DNA of 64,000 bases from Candidatus Latescibacterota bacterium (GCA_965203805.1 OZ241917.1:4608001-4672000), one strand, 5' to 3'. Shown: positions 28,998-39,214, counted from the stretch's first letter. Made by a program: numbers and translations. Notes: generated from the letters alone by a model not told the origin.

Positions 28998-30125
28998 ATG
29001 ACATCGACATTCTACAGACTGATTTCCTGTCTCGCGGTGCTGTTTTTTTTCGCGGCCTGCGGAGGCAAGGAAACGCCCCCTGCGCCGGAGCCGGCGCCTG
29101 CCGAGACCACGGACAACACGCCCCGGCAGCCCAGGCCCCTGTTGTCGGACAGCACGTTCGGCGCCGACTCGAACCCCACCGGCAATCCCATCGGCGGGGG
29201 AGACGGATACGATCAACTGGTAGAGGAAACTGACTACTTCGTCACCAACCGGGCGGAGCTGCTCGACGCGCTCAAGCAGGCGACGCGGGGCCAGGTGGTC
29301 TATCTGGCGGATACCGCCAGGGTGGACCTTACCGGCGACCAGAAAATCGAAATCGCCGCCGGCGTCACGCTGGCCAGCGGACGGGGCAAGCCCGATACCG
29401 ACGGCGGCCTGGTTTACTCAAAGGAACTGGAGACGATTCCGCTCTTTGTCGCCACCGGTCCTGACGTGCGCGTGACCGGACTCCGGCTGGAGGGACCGGA
29501 CACGATGAGGCGCACGGAGCAGATGAGGCAGCTCAGTGCGGAAGGACGGTACTACAGCATCCCCAACTCGCGGGCCATCGAGACCTTCGAACCACGGCTG
29601 GAAGTGGACAACTGTGAACTCTTCGGCTGGAGTCACGGCGCGATTTTCCTGAGGGCCAATTCCACGGACAACCACATTCACCACAACTATTTCCACCACA
29701 ACCAGCGCCACGGATTGGGATACGGCGTGGTAATGGACCAGTCGGAAGCGCTGATCGAAGCCAACCTCTTCGACTGGTGCCGTCACCACATCGCCGGTAC
29801 GGGCAGGCCCGGCACGAGCTACGAGGCCCGTTACAACCTGGTCCTGGAAAACGCCAACAGCCACAGCTTCGACATGCACGGCGGCAGGGACCGGGGCGAC
29901 GGTACGGACATCGCGGGCACTGTTATTACCATACATCACAACACGTTTCTGGCCATCGACGTGGAGGCCGTTGTCATCCGGGGCGTTCCGGAGGAATACT
30001 GCGACATCTACAACAACTGGTTTGTCCACTTTGTCCCCGCGGTTGCCGTCAAACAGGTCAACGCCAAGGGAAATGTGCGGCACTACTCAAACCAGTACAC
30101 AAACGATCGGGTCGTCAAGGACTGA
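28998..30125 (+). CDS. lipoprotein with right-handed parallel beta-helix (pectin-lyase-like) domain, copy 1
   Basis: Lipobox FAAC; IHHNYFHHN, IEANLF, IHHNTF repeats. Confidence 0.8.
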   Translation: MTSTFYRLISCLAVLFFFAACGGKETPPAPEPAPAETTDNTPRQPRPLLSDSTFGADSNPTGNPIGGGDGYDQLVEETDYFVTNRAELLDALKQATRGQVVYLADTARVDLTGDQKIEIAAGVTLASGRGKPDTDGGLVYSKELETIPLFVATGPDVRVTGLRLEGPDTMRRTEQMRQLSAEGRYYSIPNSRAIETFEPRLEVDNCELFGWSHGAIFLRANSTDNHIHHNYFHHNQRHGLGYGVVMDQSEALIEANLFDWCRHHIAGTGRPGTSYEARYNLVLENANSHSFDMHGGRDRGDGTDIAGTVITIHHNTFLAIDVEAVVIRGVPEEYCDIYNNWFVHFVPAVAVKQVNAKGNVRHYSNQYTNDRVVKD

Positions 30126-30335
30126 GAAGACGTCCTTGCCCGATTGGTTTCTCCTTAATGCCTCTGGCAAGATGTGAAACCGCACAGGGCAATAAAACCG
30201 GTGAGACGGGAGCCGGTAGACGGTAGAGGAAGACATTTACTGCGGTGTTTCCGCATAAACCGTGCTTGTATATCTACCGCTATCGTAACGACAAGAAACA
30301 CCATAGGGCGCAGACATCATCTCACGTCTCACCGC
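30126..30335 (+). repeat. modular MITE-like element copy B (modules A+B, left end truncated)
   Basis: Colinear with 28764-28987. Confidence 0.8.
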
Positions 30336-30345
30336 CTTTCTGGCT

Positions 30346-31473
30346 ATGACAACCAACTTCTGCAAACTGCTTTCCTTTCTCTCCGCGCTGATTCTCTTCG
30401 CGGCCTGCGGAGGCAAGGAAACGCCCCCTGCACCCGAACCGGCGCCCACCGAATCGACGGGCGGACGGGACCTGAGTAACCGCGCGCTGCTATCCGACGA
30501 CAACTTCGGGGCGGACTCGAATCCCACCGGCAATCCCATCGGGGGCGGAGAGGGATACGATCAGCTGGTGGAGGAGTATGACTATCTCGTTACAAATCGC
30601 GCGGAACTTCTGGACGCGCTCACGAAGGCGACCGGGGGGCAGGTGGTCTACGTGGCGGACACCGCCCGAGTGGACCTGACCGGCGACACGGACATCGAGA
30701 TCCGGGCGGGCGTCACGCTGGCCAGCGGCCGGGGCAAGCCCGATACCTATGGCGGGCTTGTCTTTTCTGAACAACTGGATACGGCCCCGTTGTTCGTCGC
30801 CGCCGGTCCCGACGTTCGCCTTACCGGCCTGAGGCTGGAGGGGCCGGACTCGATGAGGCGTACCGAACAGATGACGCAACTTCTGCGGGAAGGGCGGTAT
30901 TACAGCATACCCAACTCCAGGGCCATCGAGACCTTCGAAGAGAGGCTGGAGGTGGACAACTGCGAACTCTGGGGCTGGAGCCACGGTGCGATTTTCCTCA
31001 GGCGGAATTCGACGGACAACCACATCCACCACAACTACATTCATCACAATCAGCGCCACGGTCTCGGCTACGGCGTGGTGATGGACAATTCCGAAGCGCT
31101 CATCGAAGCCAACCTGTTCGACTGGTGCCGGCACCACATCGCGGGCACCGGCAGGCCGAATACCAGTTACGAGGCCCGATACAACATGGTCCTGGAGAAC
31201 GCCAACAGCCACAGCTTCGACATGCACGGCGGCCGGGACCGGGAAGACGGAACGGACATCGCCGGAAACCTTATTCTCATTCACCACAACACGTTTCTGG
31301 CCGTGGACGTGGAGGCTGTGGTCATCCGGGGCATACCGCGGGATATCTGCGATGTCTACAACAACTGGTTCATCCACTGGCTCCCGGCGACGGCCATCAA
31401 GCAGGTCTATGCCACGGGAAATATGAGAAACTACTCCAACCAGTACACGCACACCCGGGTCGTGAAGGACTGA
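30346..31473 (+). CDS. lipoprotein with right-handed beta-helix domain, copy 2 (tandem paralogue)
   Basis: Same length (1128 nt) and highly similar sequence to copy 1. Confidence 0.8.
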   Translation: MTTNFCKLLSFLSALILFAACGGKETPPAPEPAPTESTGGRDLSNRALLSDDNFGADSNPTGNPIGGGEGYDQLVEEYDYLVTNRAELLDALTKATGGQVVYVADTARVDLTGDTDIEIRAGVTLASGRGKPDTYGGLVFSEQLDTAPLFVAAGPDVRLTGLRLEGPDSMRRTEQMTQLLREGRYYSIPNSRAIETFEERLEVDNCELWGWSHGAIFLRRNSTDNHIHHNYIHHNQRHGLGYGVVMDNSEALIEANLFDWCRHHIAGTGRPNTSYEARYNMVLENANSHSFDMHGGRDREDGTDIAGNLILIHHNTFLAVDVEAVVIRGIPRDICDVYNNWFIHWLPATAIKQVYATGNMRNYSNQYTHTRVVKD

Positions 31474-31509
31474 ACGAACCACGCGTTGTCACGAGAGGAG
31501 TCCGGCGAA

Positions 31510-31961
31510 TGCCGAGACAGTGGAAGGTGTACCTGGCCGGTGAAATCCACAGCGACTGGCGTGACCGAATCATACGAGGCGCCGCGGAGAAGGAACTCCG
31601 TGTCACGTTCACGACGCCGGTCACGGACCACACCGCCAGCGACAACTGCGGCGTGGACATCCTCGGCCCGGAGGACTCCTCATTCTGGAAGGACCATAAG
31701 GGCGCGAAGATCAATGCCATCCGGACGCGAACGCTCATTGGCGACGCCGATATCGTGGTGGTGCGCTTCGGAGACAAATACCGCCAGTGGAACGCGGCGT
31801 TCGACGCGGGGTTCGCATCGGCCCTCGGCAAACCCATTGTCGTTATCCACGATTCTGCGAATGCTCACGCGCTTAAGGAAGTCGATGCGGCCGCGATGGC
31901 GGTGGCGGAAACGCCCGAACAGGTGGTGGACGTGCTCGCCTACGTGACCCGTGAAGGGTAA
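31510..31961 (+). CDS. YtoQ family protein (nucleoside 2-deoxyribosyltransferase-like)
   Basis: VYLAGEIHSDWR...KINAIRTR...FGDKYRQWNAAFDAG...HALKEVDAAA; start at MPRQW (about 31510) after an AGAGGAG RBS. Confidence 0.85.
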
Positions 31962-32111
31962 TTCGCCTCACCCTTCCTTACCCGGGAGCGACCGGCAGGC
32001 GGCAACCTTCCACGTTCGGAACACACGTCTGGCTCCGTCAGATCGGCCGGTGCGGCTTCGCGAATCGATTTACGCCCGCCGGCGTCCTCCACATACGATC
32101 GAAAAATCCCC

Positions 32112-32146
32112 TTGAAAGATGAACAAAGATGCACTATATTATAGTG
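32112..32146 (+). promoter_or_regulatory. sigma70 promoter of parE-parC with a palindrome over the -10
   Basis: TTGAAA-17 bp-TATATT; CACTATA-T-TATAGTG palindrome at 32132-32146. Confidence 0.6.
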
Positions 32147-32288
32147 TTGTCTTTCCCCTTTATTTCCCCGTAGTTAGGTTCAAATCAGGCCCTGTTTCGT
32201 CCTGAGCCCGCGCCGGGATCGTCTGGCTCCCCTTCCGCATCATCGCCGCGCTGGATTGCGCGTTCGAGTGACCCCGAATAGGTACGCC

Positions 32289-34190
32289 ATGCCCAGAACC
32301 GGATCGACAATCGGGAATGCGAGTCAACTGTCGCTTTCCATCAACGGGAAACCCGCCTCCACCCGGAGGTCCACCGGCAAGCGCAAGAATGGCGCATCGC
32401 CGGAACACGAGTACGACGAGTCCAAGGTCAAGACGCTCAGCTCACTCGAGCACATCCGCCTCCGCACGGGGATGTACATCGGCCGGCTCGGCGACGGTTC
32501 CAATCCTGATGATGGCATCTACATCCTGCTCAAGGAAGTCATCGACAACGCCGTCGACGAATTCATCATGGGCTTTGGCAAAAAGATCGACGTCAGCATC
32601 GAAGAAAACCGGGTCCGGGTCCGGGACTACGGCCGCGGCATTCCGCTGGGCAAGGTGATCGACTGCGTTTCAATCATCAATACAGGCGCCAAGTACAACG
32701 ACGACGTGTTCCAGTTCAGCGTGGGCCTCAACGGCGTGGGCACCAAGGCCGTGAATGCCCTCTCTTCGGACTTCCGGGCGGTTGCGTTCAGGGACGGCAG
32801 TTTCTTCGAAGCGCGTTTCGTACGCGGCCGTCTGAAAGAGAAAATCGAGGGGCGGAAACCCGGCGAACCCGACGGGTCCTTTTTCGAGTTCCTGCCCGAC
32901 GTACAGATTTTCGGCAAAGACTTCGCGTTCAATTTTGACTATGTCCGGCAGCGCCTGTGGAACTACGCCTGCCTGAACAGCGGGCTCTCGCTCGTTTTCA
33001 ACAAGGAACGTTTCGTATCGCGGCACGGGCTGCTCGATTTCCTGAGCCGTGAAGTGGGCGAGACGGCCCTTTACGAACCGTTGTATTACAAGTCCCAGTA
33101 CCTCGAGTTTGCGTTCAGTCACACGGTCAGCTACGGCGAAACGTACTTCTCTTTCGTCAACGGCCAGCACACCAGCGACGGCGGGGCCCACCAGAGCGCC
33201 TTTCGCGAGGGCATCCTCAAGGGCGTGAACGAATTCTACAAGAAAAACTACAACGGCATCGACGTTCGTGAGAGCATCTCCGGCGCCGTATCGGTCAAGC
33301 TCAAGGCGCCTGTTTTCGAGTCGCAGACCAAGAACAAGCTGGGGAATACGGATATTCGGGGATGGATTGTATCGGATGTCAAGAGCGCCGTGGTCGACCT
33401 CCTTCACAGGAACCAGACCGCGGCCCAGCACCTTTCCGAGAAAATCGCCCAGAATGAAAAGTTGAGAAAGGAACTCAACGCCGTCAAGAAAGAGGCCAAG
33501 GAAGCCGCGCGGAAGATTGCGATCAAGATTCCGCATTTCAAAGACTGCAAGTTCCACCTGGGCCACAAGAAGCACGGCGAAGACTCAACCATCTTCATTA
33601 CCGAGGGCCCGTCCGCAGCCGGTTCAATGGTTGCCGCGCGTGACGTCTATTCCCAGGCCATATTCGGCCTTAAGGGCGTTCCGCTGAACGTCTTTGGCAA
33701 GAACAAGGCAGCGGTGTACAAGAACGAGGAGCTTTACAACCTGATGATGGCGCTCGGCATCGAAGACAACATCGAAAACCTGCGCTTCAACAAAATTGTC
33801 ATCGCCACCGACGCGGATCACGACGGCTACCATATCCGGTACCTGCTCCTCACCTATTTCCTGAATTACTTCGAAGAACTCGTGCTCGCGGGACACCTCT
33901 ACATTCTCGAAACCCCGCTCTTCCGCGTCCGGAACGGCAAGGTTACCCGATACTGCTACAACAATCGGGAACGTGACAGCGCCCTGGAGGAGGTAAAGAA
34001 CCCTGAGATCACCCGCTTCAAGGGCCTCGGGGAGATCTCGCCCAAAGAATTCGGTCAATTCATCGGGGACGATATGCGGCTGGTCAAGGTCAACATCAGG
34101 TCCATTTCCGAAATCGCCGAAACGCTCAGGTTCTATATGGGCAAGAACACCCCCGAACGCAGGGACTACATCATCGATAACCTGATCTGA
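32289..34190 (+). CDS. parE: DNA topoisomerase IV subunit B
   Basis: EHIRLRTGMYIG, EVIDNAVDE, GLNGVGTKAVNALS, TEGPSA, ATDADHDG, TRFKGLGE. Confidence 0.88.
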   Translation: MPRTGSTIGNASQLSLSINGKPASTRRSTGKRKNGASPEHEYDESKVKTLSSLEHIRLRTGMYIGRLGDGSNPDDGIYILLKEVIDNAVDEFIMGFGKKIDVSIEENRVRVRDYGRGIPLGKVIDCVSIINTGAKYNDDVFQFSVGLNGVGTKAVNALSSDFRAVAFRDGSFFEARFVRGRLKEKIEGRKPGEPDGSFFEFLPDVQIFGKDFAFNFDYVRQRLWNYACLNSGLSLVFNKERFVSRHGLLDFLSREVGETALYEPLYYKSQYLEFAFSHTVSYGETYFSFVNGQHTSDGGAHQSAFREGILKGVNEFYKKNYNGIDVRESISGAVSVKLKAPVFESQTKNKLGNTDIRGWIVSDVKSAVVDLLHRNQTAAQHLSEKIAQNEKLRKELNAVKKEAKEAARKIAIKIPHFKDCKFHLGHKKHGEDSTIFITEGPSAAGSMVAARDVYSQAIFGLKGVPLNVFGKNKAAVYKNEELYNLMMALGIEDNIENLRFNKIVIATDADHDGYHIRYLLLTYFLNYFEELVLAGHLYILETPLFRVRNGKVTRYCYNNRERDSALEEVKNPEITRFKGLGEISPKEFGQFIGDDMRLVKVNIRSISEIAETLRFYMGKNTPERRDYIIDNLI

Positions 34191-34247
34191 AAACCGCGTT
34201 CCCGTCTTCCCTGGCGTCTTGATTTCGAACGGTAACGAGGAGAAACC

Positions 34248-36137
34248 GTGGCATACGTCGACACGCTGTACGAGAAATACTATCTCGAATTCGCCTCCTA
34301 TTCCATCAAGAACCGGGCAATTCCCAGTATCGACGACGGCTTCAAGCCGGTTCAGCGGCGCATTCTGCACGCTCTCCACGAGATGGACGACGGCAAGTAC
34401 CACAAGGTCGCCAACGTCGTGGGCCAGACCATGAGGTACCATCCCCACGGGGACCTATCAATCTTCGGCGCCCTGGTGAACCTGGCCAACAAGGAACTGT
34501 TCATCGACCGGCAGGGGAACTTCGGCAACATCTTCACGGGAGACGAGGCCTCCGCAGCCAGGTATATCGAATGCCGCCTCACGCCGCTCGCACGCGAGGT
34601 TCTCTTCAACCCGGAGACAACCGAATTCGAGGATTCTTACGACGGCCGCAACCGGGAGCCGATCGCCTTTCCCGCGAAGATCCCGGTCCTGCTCGCAATC
34701 GGCTCGGAGGGCATCGCAGCCGGGATGACCACCCGGATTCTCCCGCACAACCTCATCGAACTGCTCGAGGCGCAGATCGCCTGCCTGCAGGACATGCCCT
34801 TCCGGCTCGATCCCGACTTTCCCACGGGCGGGCTGGTGGACGTCTCGCAATATGACAACGGCAACGGAAAGGTACTCGCCCGCGCCAGACTGGATACCCG
34901 GGATTCGAAACGCATCGTCGTACGCGAACTGCCTTATGGAACGACAAGCGAATCCCTCATTGCCTCCATCGAAGACGCGGTAAAGAAAGGCAAACTCAAA
35001 ATCTCGGGTATCAGCGATTATACGACCGATGAGGTTGAAATCGAGATCCAACTCGCCCGCGGCGTGCATACGAAGGATACCGTTGACGCCCTGTATGCGT
35101 TTACGGACTGCGAAACATCGATCGCGGCGAATCTGCTGGTCATTCGCGACAACCGGCCTGAGATCACAACCGTAACCGACGTCATCGAATACAACACAGC
35201 CCGCCTGGTCGACCTTCTCAAAGCCGAACTCAAACTCGAAGAACGGCGGCTGAACGCGCGGCATCACGCGAAAACACTCGAACAGGTCTTCATCGAAAAC
35301 AGGATTTACAAGCGCATCGAAGACGAGACCACGTCCGAGGACGTCTACCGTGCCGTGTTCGACGGGCTCGAACCCTACCGGGAGGCGATCAGGGCGGAAG
35401 TTACCAGGGAGGACGTGGAGAACCTGCTCAAGATCCCCATCCGGCGCATCTCACTCTACGATATCAACAAGGCCCAGGAGGAGATGCAGGAAATCCGGAA
35501 GCGCCTGAGGGAGGTCCGGGCAAACCTCCGCGGCATCCAGGCCTTCGCCATTGCGTTTCTCCAGGACATCATCGAGAAATATCGCAACGATCACCCCCGG
35601 AAGACCGAGGTCGCGAGCATCCGGAAAGTCGACGTCCGTGAGGTCGCGCAGCGCAACCTCAAGCTGAGGTACGACAGGAGTACCGGCTACCTGGGCCACC
35701 AGGTCAACGGCGCCGCCCTTTTCGACGTGTCCCCGTACGACCGGGTTCTGGTGATCCGCAAGTCCGGAACGTACTCCGTGGTGGACGCGCCCGAGAAGCT
35801 CTTCGTGGACAAAGGCATGCTTTTCTGCAATTTCGTGGACGAAAGTCGCATCTACAATATTCTCTACAAGGAAAACAGGACCGGATATCTCTACATCAAA
35901 CGGTGCAAGATCGACAAGTTCATCCTGAACCGGGGGTACGAACTGGCGCCCGAGGGTTGCCGGGTCCTGAAACTCACGACGAAATCCGACCGTACGGTCC
36001 ACGTCCAATTCAAACCGAAACCCCGTGTGAGAATCACCGAAGAACAGTTCGCCATCGCCGACTATCCCGTTCGCGGCAACAAAGCAAGAGGGATTCGCCT
36101 GGCGGCCCGCGAGGTCCAATCCGCCAAATTCGCATGA
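34248..36137 (+). CDS. parC: DNA topoisomerase IV subunit A (short type)
   Basis: DGFKPVQRRIL, YHPHGD, catalytic AARYIE; no GyrA box or full pinwheel seen. Confidence 0.85.
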   Translation: MAYVDTLYEKYYLEFASYSIKNRAIPSIDDGFKPVQRRILHALHEMDDGKYHKVANVVGQTMRYHPHGDLSIFGALVNLANKELFIDRQGNFGNIFTGDEASAARYIECRLTPLAREVLFNPETTEFEDSYDGRNREPIAFPAKIPVLLAIGSEGIAAGMTTRILPHNLIELLEAQIACLQDMPFRLDPDFPTGGLVDVSQYDNGNGKVLARARLDTRDSKRIVVRELPYGTTSESLIASIEDAVKKGKLKISGISDYTTDEVEIEIQLARGVHTKDTVDALYAFTDCETSIAANLLVIRDNRPEITTVTDVIEYNTARLVDLLKAELKLEERRLNARHHAKTLEQVFIENRIYKRIEDETTSEDVYRAVFDGLEPYREAIRAEVTREDVENLLKIPIRRISLYDINKAQEEMQEIRKRLREVRANLRGIQAFAIAFLQDIIEKYRNDHPRKTEVASIRKVDVREVAQRNLKLRYDRSTGYLGHQVNGAALFDVSPYDRVLVIRKSGTYSVVDAPEKLFVDKGMLFCNFVDESRIYNILYKENRTGYLYIKRCKIDKFILNRGYELAPEGCRVLKLTTKSDRTVHVQFKPKPRVRITEEQFAIADYPVRGNKARGIRLAAREVQSAKFA

Positions 36138-36211
36138 AGCCGATCCCGGGGTCGAAACGGAAAGCGTAAACGCAGCCGGTAGCGCATCCGTTTGCATCTC
36201 TCCAAGCGAGG

Positions 36212-36991
36212 ATGAAAGCAGCCTTTATGACACCCAAACCCCTTGCAGACCTTCTGGATCTGACCGGACAGGTCGCCATTGTCACCGGCGCCAGCCGGGG
36301 CATCGGAAAGAGCATCGCCGAGGTCTTTCACCAGGCGGGCGCCGCGCTCATGCTGGTCGCGCGCAATGCCGGCCCGTTGAAGGCGGTTGCCGATGCGCTA
36401 TCCGGGCGGGGCGACGTCCTCACGGCCCCGGCCGACGTTGCGGACGAGGCGCAGGTCAACGCCTTCGTCCAGGAGACCGTGGATACACTCGGCCGCGTGG
36501 ACATCCTGGTCAATAACGCCGGCGTATCCAGCCCCGGGCCCTATACCGGCGTCGACCATGCCGAGTGGGAGCGGGTGATCGGCGCCAACCTCACCGGCGC
36601 GTATCTCTGCTGCCTGGCGGCGGCGCCCCACATGGAAGCACAGAAGAGCGGCCGGATCATCAACATCTCCTCCATCAGCGGCCAGACCGGGGGCGTCGCG
36701 GGCGGGGTCCACTATGGAAGTTCGAAGGCAGGAATGATCGGGATGACCAAGACCCTCTCGCGCGACCTGGCATCGAGCAACGTCACGGTCAACGCCATCA
36801 CCCCGGGCGTCATCGAAACCAGCATGCAAATCCCTCCCGAGACCCGCAGCCGGATCAACGAACTCATTCCGCTGGGGTACGTCGGCCAACCCGAAGAGAT
36901 CGCTTATTCCGCCCTCTTCCTGGCCTCGCGGATGGGCGCATACATCACCGGCGCCACGATTGACGTGAATGGAGGGATATTGAAGAGATAA
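36212..36991 (+). CDS. SDR family oxidoreductase (FabG-like)
   Basis: TGASRGIG, NNAG, YGSSKAG. Confidence 0.92.
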   Translation: MKAAFMTPKPLADLLDLTGQVAIVTGASRGIGKSIAEVFHQAGAALMLVARNAGPLKAVADALSGRGDVLTAPADVADEAQVNAFVQETVDTLGRVDILVNNAGVSSPGPYTGVDHAEWERVIGANLTGAYLCCLAAAPHMEAQKSGRIINISSISGQTGGVAGGVHYGSSKAGMIGMTKTLSRDLASSNVTVNAITPGVIETSMQIPPETRSRINELIPLGYVGQPEEIAYSALFLASRMGAYITGATIDVNGGILKR

Positions 36992-36995
36992 GAAC

Positions 36996-37107
36996 AGCTA
37001 TCAGCAGTCGGCGGACCTCTCCCCCGGCCTGCCTGTCCCGTTGGAACGGCAGACAGGCCGAGTTCTGCTCGGCAGGCAGGCCCCCTCTCCCGGAGGGAAA
37101 GGGGGAG
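36996..37107. repeat. cluster of nested repeats: CAGCTAT heptamers, CCCCCTCTCC..GGGGGAG palindrome and CCTGCCTG..CAGGCAGG palindrome
   Basis: Read directly; related units occur elsewhere in the window. Confidence 0.6.
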
Positions 37108-37127
37108 GAAGAACAAAGGAGAATGAT

Positions 37128-38318
37128 ATGACAGTTCGTAAGGATGAATGGAAGCCAGGTCCTGAAACGATTGAATCGCTGTCCTCGCTGATCCGGTCGA
37201 AACCCAAAGAAGTGCGGTGGACCGAAATCGGCTGGGAGACGGACCTCTGGACGGCCCGGCGCCGCGCGGCCGCGGTGAACAGACCGATGTTCATCTGGGC
37301 GATGAACGGAAACCCGCTCGGCTGCGTCTGAAACAATGGCATCGCGGGCCGTGAGTCCGTTTTCTCCCATCCCGGTATTATCCGGATCCTCAACGAGTCC
37401 TACGTTTCCGTTGCGGACAACTGCAGCTACACCCAGACACAGAAAGACGCCAAGGGCGAATTCTTTCGCCTCGTGGCGGAACAGGGCCATTACGGCGGCG
37501 TCACCGAACCCACGGCCACCAGGCAGGGCCTGTACGCGTGTACCTCGGACGGCGAGTTGCTGGGGTCCATCAACACGCGGGATGCCGCCCCCCTACTGGA
37601 ACTGCTAGAGCAGAGCCTGGAGAGGTGGCGCAAGCGCCCGGCCGGGGGCGCGTCCGACGATATTCCCGAATCCTATCCCATCGATCCCAGACTCGGATGG
37701 TCCTATCCGGACAACGGCCTGGCGCTCAAAGTCACGGTCCGGGACCTCCCTCGGAATTCCAATGGCCTCGACGCCCGGCACAACATCGACTTCGCGTGGT
37801 TTACGGAAGAGGAGATCCGGTCGCTGGTGCCCGGGAACCCCCGTCCGGGGCAGACCTGGCGCGCGCCGGGCTTTTTCACCAGGCGTCTCGCCCTGCGCCA
37901 TTTCATCGACACGGTCCGCGGTCAATCGCCGGGTTGGCGGGAAGAAAACCTGAAGGAAGGAGAGATTCGCCTGACCGTCGAGGCCGTCGAAGCCGACCAC
38001 GTACGGTTCCGAATGGATGGATGCATCGAGCTCGAAGCCGAACCCACGTATGAAACCAATCCCCACAGCAAGCTTACGGTGGACAAGCCACGGGGCCTGA
38101 AACTGGACCTGTTCGGCCGCATCGGGTTCGAGCCGCGCCAGCGGCGCGTCAGCGCCTTCGACGCCGTCGCGACGGGCGACCGCTGGGGCTGTACCACGTA
38201 CAACGTGCGCTTCGACGATCCCGGCCCGGCGCCCATCGGTTTCGCGTTCGAACTCGCGTCGGACGACCCCATCGAACGCACCCCTCCCGCCTCCATCGGA
38301 CGGAATTACTTCGCCTGA
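37128..38318 (+). CDS. putative selenoprotein: thioredoxin-like N-terminal domain with C-V-U (Sec68, TGA 37329-37331), 396 aa
   Basis: AAGGAG RBS and ATG at 37128. ORFs 37041-37331 and 37473-38318 share a frame, separated only by one TGA and 47 sense codons (NNGIAGRESVFSHPGIIRILNESYVSVA...) that continue the thioredoxin fold. SECIS-like hairpin follows. Confidence 0.8.
37336..37370 (+). promoter_or_regulatory. candidate bacterial SECIS element
   Basis: ATGG..GCGGGC-CGTGA-GTCCGT..CCAT stem-loop; apical loop begins 19 nt after the UGA and has G at loop position 2. Confidence 0.55.
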
Positions 38319-38350
38319 CGCGTCATCCCCGGAACACGTAAAGCAATTCA

Positions 38351-38387
38351 CGCCCCCGCAACGGATTGTCGACACGTTGCGGGGGCG
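38351..38387. terminator. 13-bp perfect hairpin after the selenoprotein gene
   Basis: CGCCCCCGCAACG...CGTTGCGGGGGCG; weak U-tract. Confidence 0.55.
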
Positions 38388-38477
38388 CGTGTGTTGGGGC
38401 GGGGCATATCTGCACCTAACTTGACAGCCATTCAGATGGTATTCGAGCCCGCCTGTACTTGTTGAAATCCGTCCCAT

Positions 38478-38510
38478 AAAAAAAACCCCGCGTCGCGTTG
38501 CGAGGCGGGG
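38478..38510 (-). terminator. intrinsic terminator of the NYN gene
   Basis: CCCCGCGTCGC-GTT-GCGAGGCGGGG stem with A8 on the + strand (U8 on the - strand). Confidence 0.8.
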
Positions 38511-38543
38511 CTCTTGAGAGTCGGGAGTACAAACACCGATCAC

Positions 38544-39200
38544 TTAAATCTCAAGTAGAAAGTCATTATGGATGCTGAGATCCGATTGTATTGTAGAATG
38601 CCTGAATTTCACCATACAGACACGAAGACCTTCGGTCCTCGCTAATTTCATAGCTGGTACCATATCAGAATCACCTGTCGCAAGGATTACCGTTGAAACA
38701 AGGCGTTTCAGAGCCAAGGAGGTCATATCTATACCCATCATCATGTCCACGCCTTTTTGCACGATGTTTGGTCTTATATCCTTAGCACCTGGAATGGTTT
38801 GAGATTGGGAACTATTATTGTATACTTTTCGGAGGTAGCTATGGCTAAGTGACCAACCCCTTTGAATTAATCTACCCTTCCGAATAGCAATATGGTCAGT
38901 TTTTCCCAATTTTGCGATTAAATCCGTGTTGGCAGAATGCTGTGGCGTCTTCGCAAAATCAATAACATCGTTACTATCTAATGGGTTTATTGTTATAGAT
39001 TCCAGTGGGTCTGCCGTGTAGTAAAATATCCGGTACAGCTTAAAATCAGATCCGAACTTATGGCTTGCCTGCCTCACAATGTCGAAGCTCTCTTTCTTCA
39101 TTATCGGGTAATCTGGAAAACTGCCAAACTTGGTCTGCAGACACTTCTTAAACCACTCACCATCGATCAGAACAGCTATTCTTTCGAAAAGAGAATTCAT
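38544..39200 (-). CDS. NYN domain (LabA/DUF88, PIN-like fold) putative ribonuclease
   Basis: AVLIDG, YRIFYY, QKGVDMMMGIDM, LATGDSDMVPAMKLARTEG, H.DF; markedly AT-richer than the flanks. Confidence 0.9.
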   Translation of the reverse strand: MNSLFERIAVLIDGEWFKKCLQTKFGSFPDYPIMKKESFDIVRQASHKFGSDFKLYRIFYYTADPLESITINPLDSNDVIDFAKTPQHSANTDLIAKLGKTDHIAIRKGRLIQRGWSLSHSYLRKVYNNSSQSQTIPGAKDIRPNIVQKGVDMMMGIDMTSLALKRLVSTVILATGDSDMVPAMKLARTEGLRVCMVKFRHSTIQSDLSIHNDFLLEI

Positions 39201-39214
39201 CAGCATTTCCCACA

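Noticed and set aside
32289-36137. gyrB/gyrA assignment
   Set aside because: The short A subunit has no GyrA box, and the overall pattern fits topoisomerase IV better.
37329-37331. Reading the TGA as a pseudogenising nonsense mutation or as two separate genes
   Set aside because: The stop lies at the redox position next to a Cys, is followed by a SECIS-like hairpin, and the reading frame is otherwise intact. Sec is more parsimonious, though unproven.
38400-38543. Segment downstream of NYN (GGTGTTTGTACTCCCGAC plus terminator) reminiscent of phage C4-like antisense RNA
   Set aside because: Only a vague resemblance; no complementary target or antirepressor gene was seen. Kept only as a terminator.
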